From contig JACPDS010000149.1 of NCBI GenBank assembly GCA_016183885.1, positions 1-26,909 on the forward strand: 26,909 bases of DNA, read 5' to 3'. This DNA is from Armatimonadota bacterium (GTDB lineage: Bacteria; Vulcanimicrobiota; JACPDS01). Both the position numbers and the translations under genes were made by a program. Below the pieces are notes generated by a model, which was not told the origin of the DNA, ran no database searches, and was given only the letters and a program-made list of their open reading frames with translations. Of this stretch, positions 9,382-16,997 are shown in pieces (the first letter of the stretch is position 1; every line of letters starts with the position of its first letter).

Positions 9382-10662
9382 CTATGTTCCCATTTCCCAT
9401 GAAGAAAGATAGTCTTCCTGCTCTTTAGTTAACTTATCAATTTCTATGCCAAGAGTATGAAGTTTTAATTTAGCAATTTCTTTATCAATACTATCGGTAA
9501 CTTTATAAACTTTATTCTCTAATTGTTTATGAAAGTCTAAAATATATTTAACCGCTAAAGCTTGATTAGCAAAACTCATATCCATTACTAATGCAGGATG
9601 TCCTTCCGCGGAAGCTAAATTAATTAATCGGCCTTCTCCTAAAATATAAATTTTTTTCCCGTCGGAAAACAAATATTCTTCCACATATTCCCTGAGTTTT
9701 CTCTTTTTAGCGGTAATTTTTTCAATCTCCGCTAAATCAATTTCCACATTAAAGTGTCCTGAATTACAAAGAATAACTCCATCTTTCATCGATTTTACAT
9801 GTTCTTTGCGAATACAGTTAATATTTCCTGTAGCGGTAACAAAAATATCTCCTAATTTAGCGGCTTCTTTTATATTATATACTTCATAACCATCCATAAA
9901 AGCTTCCAGAGCTTTTAAATAATCCACTTCTACCACAATTACTCTGGCTCCCATTCCGCGAGCCCTCATCGCTATACCTCTGCCGCACCATCCATAGCCA
10001 ACTACTACAAAGCTCTTACCGGCTAAAAGAATATTGGTGGCTCTTAAAATTCCATCAATAGTGCTTTGTCCTGTTCCATAACGATTGTCAAAAAGATGTT
10101 TGGTTTTAGCGTCATTAACTGCGATAATAGGATATTTTAAAGCTTGGTTTTTTTCCATACTTCTTAGTCTAATTACACCGGTGGTAGTCTCTTCTGTGCC
10201 TCCTAAAATATTTTCCAATAAATCCTTTCTTTTAGTATGAATAGTAGAAACTAAATCTGCGCCGTCATCCAGGGTAATTTGAGGAGAATGTTCTAAAGCC
10301 ATATTTATATGATTATAATAGCTTACATTGTCCTCGCCTTTCATGGCAAAAACAGGAATCTTATGAAATTTAACTAAAGCCGCGGCTACATCATCTTGAG
10401 TGCTGAGAGGATTAGAAGCGCAAAGACACACTTGCGCCCCTCCTAATTTTAAAGTTTTCATCAAATTAGCGGTTTCAGCTGTAACATGCAGACAAGCAGA
10501 AATTTTAATTCCTTTAAAAGGTTTTTCTTTAGAAAAGCGGTCTTGAATTACTTTTAAGACAGGCATTTGCTTTTCCGCCCATTCAATTTTAAGTTCTCCT
10601 TCCTCGGCTAAATTAAGATTTTTTACATCATAATTTTCTTTGCATTCTAAAGTACTTTTCAT
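9382..10662 (-). CDS. ahcY: Adenosylhomocysteinase (start revised to ATG 10662, 426 aa)
   Basis: SCNP-like [65 protein letters not shown]; AGGAGG lies directly before the second ATG, inside the longer ORF call. Confidence 0.98.
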   Translation of the reverse strand: MKSTLECKENYDVKNLNLAEEGELKIEWAEKQMPVLKVIQDRFSKEKPFKGIKISACLHVTAETANLMKTLKLGGAQVCLCASNPLSTQDDVAAALVKFHKIPVFAMKGEDNVSYYNHINMALEHSPQITLDDGADLVSTIHTKRKDLLENILGGTEETTTGVIRLRSMEKNQALKYPIIAVNDAKTKHLFDNRYGTGQSTIDGILRATNILLAGKSFVVVGYGWCGRGIAMRARGMGARVIVVEVDYLKALEAFMDGYEVYNIKEAAKLGDIFVTATGNINCIRKEHVKSMKDGVILCNSGHFNVEIDLAEIEKITAKKRKLREYVEEYLFSDGKKIYILGEGRLINLASAEGHPALVMDMSFANQALAVKYILDFHKQLENKVYKVTDSIDKEIAKLKLHTLGIEIDKLTKEQEDYLSSWEMGT

Positions 10663-10692
10663 TTTTTTCCTCCTAATCATTAAATATTGGAT

Positions 10693-10709
10693 TATGTGAG
10701 TAATTCACA
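10693..10709. promoter_or_regulatory. Putative TF operator TGTGA-N5-TCACA upstream of ahcY-metK
   Basis: TATGTGAGTAATTCACA; 15/17 identical to 25816-25832. Confidence 0.5.
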
Positions 10710-10934
10710 GAACCTTAAATTTATTTATGTTATTTTATATTAAAATATCCGCTCTTAAATTTTATGCTTTAGCTTTATAATATTTTATCTTTTATTACTT
10801 AATTTATCAAGTTTTTCCTTTTATAATTTAATTTCTAAAAGTTAAAATCCTGTTTATTGATTATTTTTAACTTAAATGTAAGCCTATAGATTATTCATAA
10901 AAATAAAAATTCCTTTAAAATTTAGCAGAAAATT

Positions 10935-12635
10935 TTACCATGAACTTCCTCCCCCGCCTCCGGAGCCGCCGCCGGAAAATCCACCCCCGCTTGAAAATCC
11001 GCTTCCTGAAGAGCCGCTTGTTCTATAGGTAGCCGCAAAAGTTTCCGCCATCAAAGCAGAGGATTGAGAAAGAGTATTTGTAAAATTATAAGTATTAAAA
11101 GAACCGATACTACTCCCTTCATACCAGGAAGGCGATTCTTTATAGATATTTTCAAAACGTTTAGCCCATTCTCTTTCTAATTTTAAAACCATGGCATAAG
11201 GCAGATATTTTTCAAAAATATTTTCTTTAACTTCCCATTCGATATGATATTTTTCAGCTTTCTTAATATATTCTTCAAAACCTAAAATTTCTTCTAATGC
11301 TTTAACCCCTTTTGAAGTCTTTTTGGGCATAAAAGGACTGGCGATAATAAACTCTATTCCTGAAATAATTAAAGTTAGAAAAAATAAATAACTTAAGGGA
11401 AATAAAAAAAAGCTGCAGAATAATATAAAAATTCCGATTATTTTATAATTTGCTCTTATTTTTTCTGGATTAGTTTGGAAAAGATTATTTTTCACCATAT
11501 TCTCATAAGCTTTATTTTTTAGCTTAGCTAAATCTTCAGCAAAATTATATTTTAAACTGGATAATAAAACTTTTTCTTTGGTTCCAAAAATTTTCTTAAA
11601 AATTTCTTTTTCAAATTCAGTAATTAATGGACTATCTTCAATCTCTTTTAATTTTATAAATTCATAACCTTTATTTAGATAAAAGTCAATTTCTTTTATC
11701 TTTAAAAACCCCTTAACGGCTAAATTAATTACGGCGGCTGAAATATCCCGAGGATCTAATTTTTCATCAATTAAAATTCCCACTTCGGTCGGAGAAAGCC
11801 AATTTCTATTATCAATTTTAGGCGGTTCATACATTGGTATAATTGTTCCTCTTTTTTTAGGATCTCTTCCGTAAGTAAACCATTTATAAAACAAAAATAT
11901 AAAGGTTATAAAAGGAATAAAAATAAACCAATTATTTAATAAAAAATAAATTATATTTAAGAAAGGATTTTCTTTTTGGATAATTCCCGTTGGAAAGCGA
12001 ACTGCTCCGCTAAGTCCTTCGCGTGAATTTAAATTAACGGCTTCAAAATAAAAAGTGCGCGCATCTAAAATTTTAGCTATACACTTTTCGCTCGTTGATC
12101 CGTAAGCTCCTACAAAACCTTTTATCTGCATAGAATTAAGCGGAGCATCTTTGGGTAATTTAAAAATGGCTTTAGCCTTATTAATCGGAGCATCCCAATC
12201 ATTGCCGGTGATATTCCAATATAATTCATCGGATTCCTGAAAAGTTTTAATTACACTGCGTATTTTGTATTTTATTATATAAGTATAATTGCCCAGAATA
12301 ACTTTATTAGGATTCCCGATTTTTAAAAAAATATAATTACCGCGATAATTTTTCTTATATTCTAAATCTCTTCCACTAGAATCAGTAACGCTTAAAAGTT
12401 CAAAACCTAAATCACCGTTTCCTAAGAGATTAAATCCTCTGGAAATAGGAATAAATCTGATAATTCCATGTTTTTCCACTTCAAAATTAGCCAGTATCTT
12501 CTCGGTAACTTCAACTGTCCTATCTGGCTGAACATCAACTTGAACATCAAAATCATTAATCTGCCAATTATAAGCCCAGCTATAATTGATAGAGAAAAAT
12601 AAAAAAACTAAGATCGCAAAAATTCTTTTTAGCAT
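10935..12635 (-). CDS. DUF2207 family membrane protein
   Basis: Signal peptide, ELYWNITGNDWD, central TM helices, YLPYAMVL, Gly/Ser-rich tail SGGGFSGGGSGGGGGSSW. Confidence 0.9.
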   Translation of the reverse strand: MLKRIFAILVFLFFSINYSWAYNWQINDFDVQVDVQPDRTVEVTEKILANFEVEKHGIIRFIPISRGFNLLGNGDLGFELLSVTDSSGRDLEYKKNYRGNYIFLKIGNPNKVILGNYTYIIKYKIRSVIKTFQESDELYWNITGNDWDAPINKAKAIFKLPKDAPLNSMQIKGFVGAYGSTSEKCIAKILDARTFYFEAVNLNSREGLSGAVRFPTGIIQKENPFLNIIYFLLNNWFIFIPFITFIFLFYKWFTYGRDPKKRGTIIPMYEPPKIDNRNWLSPTEVGILIDEKLDPRDISAAVINLAVKGFLKIKEIDFYLNKGYEFIKLKEIEDSPLITEFEKEIFKKIFGTKEKVLLSSLKYNFAEDLAKLKNKAYENMVKNNLFQTNPEKIRANYKIIGIFILFCSFFLFPLSYLFFLTLIISGIEFIIASPFMPKKTSKGVKALEEILGFEEYIKKAEKYHIEWEVKENIFEKYLPYAMVLKLEREWAKRFENIYKESPSWYEGSSIGSFNTYNFTNTLSQSSALMAETFAATYRTSGSSGSGFSSGGGFSGGGSGGGGGSSW

Positions 12636-12863
12636 TTGACTTTTAATATTTGCCCAAATTTTTATTAATTCCTCTTAAATAAAATTACTTGTAAAAATTA
12701 ATCCAATAAAAATTTCTAATTTATTTTCTCCTAATTAACTTTTCTTAATATTTTTTATCCTAAAAAAATCTTGAATGGCAACGCTTATTAATTAAGCGCA
12801 ATGCAAACCTATTTTAAAACATCGCTGACAAATACTTAACCCGTCTGAATCTTTCTGTTATTG

Positions 12864-13586
12864 TTAGCCGTTATGCTTTCGTGGAGGCTGTCGGTTAATC
12901 TCCTCCATTAAATCTATCTGAATTCGTTGAATTTCAAGTAAACTTTGCCATTGATGTGTAAGAAGATGGTCTATTTTTTGATGAAGATGGCGAATTTCTA
13001 ATTCTGCTTTAAGATTTATCCGATAATCATGTTCAGCCCTCAAGCGATCTTTCGCTTCTTGTCGATTCTGGCTCATCATAATCACAGGGGCTTGCATAGC
13101 GGCAATACAGGAGAGGACTAAATTTAGCAGGATGAATGGATATGGATCAAACGGCTTCCAGATTAATATAATAGAATTGATAATAATCCACAGCGTGAGA
13201 ATAATGCCGAAGATAATAATAAATTTCCAACTTCCGCCGAAATCAGCAACTTTGTCAGCGATCCTTTCTCCAAATGTTAGTTTGTATTCAAATTCAAGAT
13301 CAACGTTTTTGGAAAGCAATTCTTGCTTTTTTAAGCTTTCGATTACCTCAAAATCTAATGCTGAAAGTTCGCCTTTTTCAACTTCAAGAACATCTTGAAC
13401 ATATTTCGCCCTGAATTGATTAAGACAGGAAATACATATAAAATTATCCGCCGTCCAATCAGGATGTTCTCTTTGAATTATTTCGGCAACTGGACCATGA
13501 ACCACTTCTCCATGCATGATCTCGCCTGAACGCTTTTGCTTTTGGCAAATAGGACAGAGAAAAATCTCCTTATGATTTTTTGTCAT
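12864..13586 (-). CDS. DUF1003 membrane protein (start revised to ATG 13586, 240 aa)
   Basis: TFGERIADKVADFGGSW, FDPYPFILLNLVLS, APVIMMSQNRQ, NLKAELEI; N-terminal CPIC...CISC. The longer ORF start runs into the tRNA remnant; GGAG precedes ATG 13586. Confidence 0.9.
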   Translation of the reverse strand: MTKNHKEIFLCPICQKQKRSGEIMHGEVVHGPVAEIIQREHPDWTADNFICISCLNQFRAKYVQDVLEVEKGELSALDFEVIESLKKQELLSKNVDLEFEYKLTFGERIADKVADFGGSWKFIIIFGIILTLWIIINSIILIWKPFDPYPFILLNLVLSCIAAMQAPVIMMSQNRQEAKDRLRAEHDYRINLKAELEIRHLHQKIDHLLTHQWQSLLEIQRIQIDLMEEINRQPPRKHNG

Positions 13587-13605
13587 ATAACTTATTATCT
13601 CCAAT

Positions 13606-13691
13606 TGGTCGGGGCGAGAGGATTTTCCCGATGCCAATCTTATTGCTATTATGTTTCGGGATCCCGACTATCGTCGGGAGAACCTCCGACC
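13606..13691 (-). pseudogene. Orphan tRNA-Pro 3' half interrupted in the T-loop by a 54-nt palindromic insert
   Basis: Minus strand GGTCGGAGGTTC [13679-13626] AAATCCTCTCGCCCCGACCA; removing the insert gives a canonical variable loop/T-arm/acceptor 3' strand/ACCA. No matching 5' half directly upstream. Confidence 0.8.
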
Positions 13692-13723
13692 TAGTCGATG
13701 CAACATCGGCTCGCGCTATATAA

Positions 13724-13800
13724 TGGTCGGAGTGGGCGGATTTGAACCGCCGGCCTCCTGGTCCCGAACCAGGCGCTCTACCAAACTGAGCCACACCCCG
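13724..13800 (-). tRNA. tRNA-Pro (anticodon CGG), CCA encoded
   Basis: CGGGGTG TG GCTC AGTTTGGTA GAGC G CCTGG TTCGGGA CCAGG AGGCC GGCGG TTCAAAT CCGCC CACTCCG ACCA; 77 nt, complete cloverleaf, C1-G72 and A73 as in tRNA-Pro. Confidence 0.97.
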
Positions 13801-13848
13801 AATGCAAACTAATACAACTCTCCCCTTAATACAAATTACAGATATATT

Positions 13849-14193
13849 TCAAATTAAAGCCAGATGAATTTTTAATTTCATATCAACCTCTTTCATATAT
13901 TCCGTTTTGAAAGTTCCAATTTTATTTTTCAGCCTCACCTTATCAAATGTACATATATCGGGAATCCTTACTAAGCTTTGCCTGTCAAGACAGTTATTTT
14001 TATCGGGTTCAACTATTACGACAATAGGTATTCTTTTTATGTTGCCTGTTAGAGGCACAACTGTTACCTTTGAACCTTTACTATTTGCAATATCATTTGA
14101 GACGATTAATGCCGGCCTCGTTTTTCTGATTTCAGTTCCCATGGAAGGATCAAATTCTGTCAACCATATTTCACCGCGTTTCGGGTAGTTCAC
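13849..14193 (-). CDS. mazF: PemK/MazF family endoribonuclease toxin
   Basis: KRGEIW...DPSMGTEIRKTRPALIVSND; GTG start overlaps the antitoxin TGA (GTGA). Confidence 0.92.
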   Translation of the reverse strand: MNYPKRGEIWLTEFDPSMGTEIRKTRPALIVSNDIANSKGSKVTVVPLTGNIKRIPIVVIVEPDKNNCLDRQSLVRIPDICTFDKVRLKNKIGTFKTEYMKEVDMKLKIHLALI

Positions 14194-14432
14194 TTCTTCT
14201 TATAACTCCTTGCAACATCTTTCAAAGAGGACGATTCATATTCATTCCACCATTCCTTATCATCTTCTTTGCAGAATTTATAATACTCTTCATAAGCCTT
14301 TGCTAAATGTTCTTGCTCTTTTCTTTTTCTGTATTCTTGAAGTATTGTAACAATGGCTTTACTTCGATTCTTTCCCTGTTTATCTAAAAATTCAATCACT
14401 TCTTCTGGCATTGATATCGATATTTTAGGCAT
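14190..14432 (-). CDS. Ribbon-helix-helix antitoxin
   Basis: KISISMPEEVIEFLD...NRSKAI RHH pattern, acidic C-terminus, upstream of and overlapping the toxin; SD AAAGGAGG. Confidence 0.85.
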   Translation of the reverse strand: MPKISISMPEEVIEFLDKQGKNRSKAIVTILQEYRKRKEQEHLAKAYEEYYKFCKEDDKEWWNEYESSSLKDVARSYKKK

Positions 14433-14456
14433 ATAGCATAACCTCCTTTACGCACT

Positions 14457-14488
14457 TATATGGTAGCATATATTGGTAATAAAATCAA
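14457..14488 (-). promoter_or_regulatory. Sigma70-type promoter of the TA operon with overlapping operator
   Basis: -35 TTGATT (14488-14483), 17-nt spacer ending TGC, -10 TACCAT (14465-14460); inverted repeat TATATG-gtag-CATATA (14457-14472) covers the -10. Confidence 0.65.
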
Positions 14489-14566
14489 TGCCTCCATTTA
14501 GTCATACTTATTATAAAAAGGACAATAAGTTAAAAAGCCCCTATCATACTAAGAGAGCAATCTAGG

Positions 14567-14716
14567 GGGGGCTGTCGTCCGAAAAGTCAAATTTAAAATA
14601 TTTATATGCTATATATGATATGGTAGCCGCCCCGATGTAACTTCGGGGCGCTATATATAGTATATTTACGCTCCGATGCGACATCGGAGCGGCTACCCCT
14701 CTTTTGGGCAGCCCCC
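14567..14716. mobile_element. Possible 150-bp non-autonomous element (MITE-like) with imperfect terminal inverted repeats
   Basis: Left GGGGGCTGTCGTCCGAAAAG versus reverse complement of right end GGGGGCTGCCCAAAAG; no credible ORF; no clear target duplication. Confidence 0.45.
14622..14697. repeat. Inverted REP doublet (REPIN-like), GTAG-headed hairpins
   Basis: 14622-14650 GGTAGCCGCCCCGATGTAACTTCGGGGCG and reverse complement of 14669-14697 GGTAGCCGCTCCGATGTCGCATCGGAGCG; 24/29 identical. Confidence 0.75.
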
Positions 14717-14789
14717 GTTTTATTAACCTTGCTGGCTTAAGCGGGTTCAATAAATTAAACCCCTACCCTTTAGGTTATCTTAATATAAG

Positions 14790-15698
14790 TTAGGCAATCA
14801 AATGCTTTTTTTCTTTTAAAGCCTCTTTTTGATAAATGGGCGAGCCTTCTATTTTAGTTATTTTTCTAAATTCTTCTAATAATCTTAAAGTTAATTTCCC
14901 CGGTTTCCCTTCTCCAATTATTCTCCCGTTAATTTCCACTACAGGTATAATTTCCGCAGCCGTTCCTGTTAAAAAAAATTCTTCTGCCACAAAAAGATCA
15001 TGGGAAGTAAGTAATGATTCTTCAACTTTAATTCCTAAATTTTGGGCAATTTCTAATACAGTATCTCTGGTAATTCCTTCTAAAATTCCTACTGAACCTC
15101 GAGGAGTAGAAAGAATTCCTTTTTTATAAATAAATATATTTTCAGCGGAACATTCGGTAACAAAGCCGTTAGTATTAATTAAAACCACTTCTTCCGCTCC
15201 GGCTTGAATGCCTTCAATTTTAGCTAAAATATTATTTAAATAATTTAAAGATTTTATTCTTGGATTTAAAGCTTCGGGGAAATTTTTTCTAGTGGCGGCA
15301 ATAATCACTTTTAATCCATTCTGATATTTTTCTTCAGAATAAAGATTAATTTTATCGGCAATAATAACTATAGTAGATTTAAGACATTTCCTAGGGTCTA
15401 ATCCCAAATCTCCTATTCCTCTAGAAATTACCAAGCGCACATAGCCATCGGAAATATTGTTTTTTCTGCAAGTTTCCAAGACCGCTTCGATCATTTCCGC
15501 TTTGGCAAGAGGAATTTTTAATAAAATAGATTTTGCGGAATCATATAAGCGATCAATATGCTGATCAAGTCTAAAAATTCTTCCATTATAAGCTCTTATT
15601 CCCTCAAATATCCCGTCTCCATATAAATAACCATGGTCCCATACAGAAATTTTGGCTTCTTCTTGAGGATAATATTTACCATCAATATAAACTTGCAT
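14790..15698 (-). CDS. ilvE: Branched-chain amino acid aminotransferase (class IV PLP)
   Basis: DHGYLYGDGIFEGIRAY, IKSLNYL (PLP Lys), ECSAENIF, ILEGITR, TGTAAEIIP; SD GGAGG. Confidence 0.96.
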   Translation of the reverse strand: MQVYIDGKYYPQEEAKISVWDHGYLYGDGIFEGIRAYNGRIFRLDQHIDRLYDSAKSILLKIPLAKAEMIEAVLETCRKNNISDGYVRLVISRGIGDLGLDPRKCLKSTIVIIADKINLYSEEKYQNGLKVIIAATRKNFPEALNPRIKSLNYLNNILAKIEGIQAGAEEVVLINTNGFVTECSAENIFIYKKGILSTPRGSVGILEGITRDTVLEIAQNLGIKVEESLLTSHDLFVAEEFFLTGTAAEIIPVVEINGRIIGEGKPGKLTLRLLEEFRKITKIEGSPIYQKEALKEKKHLIA

Positions 15699-15819
15699 TG
15701 GTTTTTAATTCCTCCATTTTTTACTTTTAAAGCCTAAATTAAATTTTAAAGATAATTTTAATTCATTATATTCTCCCGCTTCATTATTTTAAAAGTAAAA
15801 ATATACACCAGCTTAAATT

Positions 15820-16587
15820 TTATTCATTTTTCTTTATAATATCTAAAAATGGCTTAAGAGTATCAATTGGGACAGGGAATAAGATTGTTGAACTTTTTTC
15901 TACGGCAATTTCAGTTAAAGTTTGTAAATATCTTAATTGCAGGGTGGTTGGTTCGCTGGCAATAACTTTAGCGGCATCGGCTAATCTTTGAGCGGCTTGA
16001 AATTCTCCTTCAGCATGAATAATCTTAGCTCTTTTTTCTCTTTCAGCCTCAGCCTGTTTAGCCATTGCTCTTTGCATGGTTTGAGGGAGTTCCACATCTT
16101 TTATTTCCACAACAGTAACTTTAATGCCCCAGGGTTCGGTTTGATCATCAATAATTTTTTGTAATTTCTCGTTAATTTCTTCACGTTTGGATAAGAGTTC
16201 ATCTAACTCTGATTGACCTAAAATACTTCGAAGAGTAGTTTGAGAAATTTGAGAAGTTGCTCTAATATAATCTAAGACTTTAATTACCGCGTTTTCAGGA
16301 GAAACTATCCTAAAATAAAGCACCGCAGTTACTTTAACGGTGACATTATCTTTAGTAATAATTTCTTGGGGAGGTATTTCCATAGTAATTACCCGTAAAT
16401 CCATTTTAATCATTTTCTCTACAAAAGGCAGCATAAAAATTAAGCCCGGTCCCCGGGTGCGGTTATATTTTCCTAATTGAAAAATACAACCTCTTTCCCA
16501 TTCCTGAACAACTTTAACAATCATCGGTCCAAAAATTGCTACCGCTATAATAATCATAAATAAAGACGATCCAAATAATGCTTCCAT
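15820..16587 (-). CDS. SPFH/stomatin-like (slipin) protein
   Basis: N-terminal [65 protein letters not shown]. Confidence 0.96.
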   Translation of the reverse strand: MEALFGSSLFMIIIAVAIFGPMIVKVVQEWERGCIFQLGKYNRTRGPGLIFMLPFVEKMIKMDLRVITMEIPPQEIITKDNVTVKVTAVLYFRIVSPENAVIKVLDYIRATSQISQTTLRSILGQSELDELLSKREEINEKLQKIIDDQTEPWGIKVTVVEIKDVELPQTMQRAMAKQAEAEREKRAKIIHAEGEFQAAQRLADAAKVIASEPTTLQLRYLQTLTEIAVEKSSTILFPVPIDTLKPFLDIIKKNE

Positions 16588-16655
16588 TTATTCCTCCTTA
16601 TATTTTCTTCCAGCTCTTATTTTAATTTTAATTCACCTTAAGGTAAATTATTAAA

Positions 16656-16997
16656 TTACTGGATACCCGCTTTATATCGGGAAACTTTTAGTTTTAATCC
16701 GTCAATATCTTCTACTTTAACTTTTTCCCCTTTTATAATCACCCCCTCATTGGAATAAGCTTTCCAGAGTTCCCCGTTTAAAAAAATTATTCCTTCAGGA
16801 TCAAGCTGGCTTCTTACAATGCCTGTAGAGCCGATTAATTCCTCTTTTCCGCTCACAGGTTTTTGTTTTTGATGTTTTATTGTTAAAATCAAAGATAATA
16901 AAAAAATTACGCTGAGAGCGATAATTATACTTATCAAAACTAACGGATTATTTTCTAAAAATGATTTTAGTTTAAATAATAACTCTATTTTAAACAT
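16656..16997 (-). CDS. Short NfeD-like protein (TM helix plus OB-fold)
   Basis: One hydrophobic helix, then PVSGKEELIG...GELWKA...GEKVKV...GLKLKV. ATG 16997 preferred over TTG 17003. Confidence 0.85.
   Translation of the reverse strand: MFKIELLFKLKSFLENNPLVLISIIIALSVIFLLSLILTIKHQKQKPVSGKEELIGSTGIVRSQLDPEGIIFLNGELWKAYSNEGVIIKGEKVKVEDIDGLKLKVSRYKAGIQ

Noticed and set aside
12782-12798. Terminator after DUF1003 (CGCTTA/TAAGCG)
   Set aside because: Weak 6-bp stem with no U-tract on the minus strand.
13587-13637. 17-aa N-terminal extension of the DUF1003 ORF
   Set aside because: It overlaps the tRNA remnant and insert; an SD-like GGAG supports ATG 13586.
13626-13679. Self-splicing intron in the tRNA fragment
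   Set aside because: 54 nt is far too short for group I or II cores, and there is no bulge-helix-bulge motif.
13570-13794. 74-aa minus-strand ORF (MAQFGRAPGS...)
   Set aside because: It is a translation of the tRNA-Pro gene and adjacent palindromes.
12864-14432. Compositionally foreign island around tRNA-Pro
   Set aside because: Spot counts of GC were too variable to separate it from housekeeping genes, and there is no integrase; it needs a proper codon or k-mer analysis.
14567-14716. tmRNA, 6S, SRP or RNase P identity
   Set aside because: The GGGGGCTG start is suggestive, but no T-arm/CCA end, tag reading frame, SRP tetraloop motif or P4 motif is seen; the structure is explained by REP units.
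14562-14750. 62-aa minus-strand ORF
   Set aside because: It runs through the REP doublet and inverted repeats; no SD and no recognisable motif.
15699-15819. T-box or attenuator before ilvE (also checked before aspS)
   Set aside because: Leaders are too short (about 120 and 62 nt) and lack the UGGNACC antiterminator bulge.
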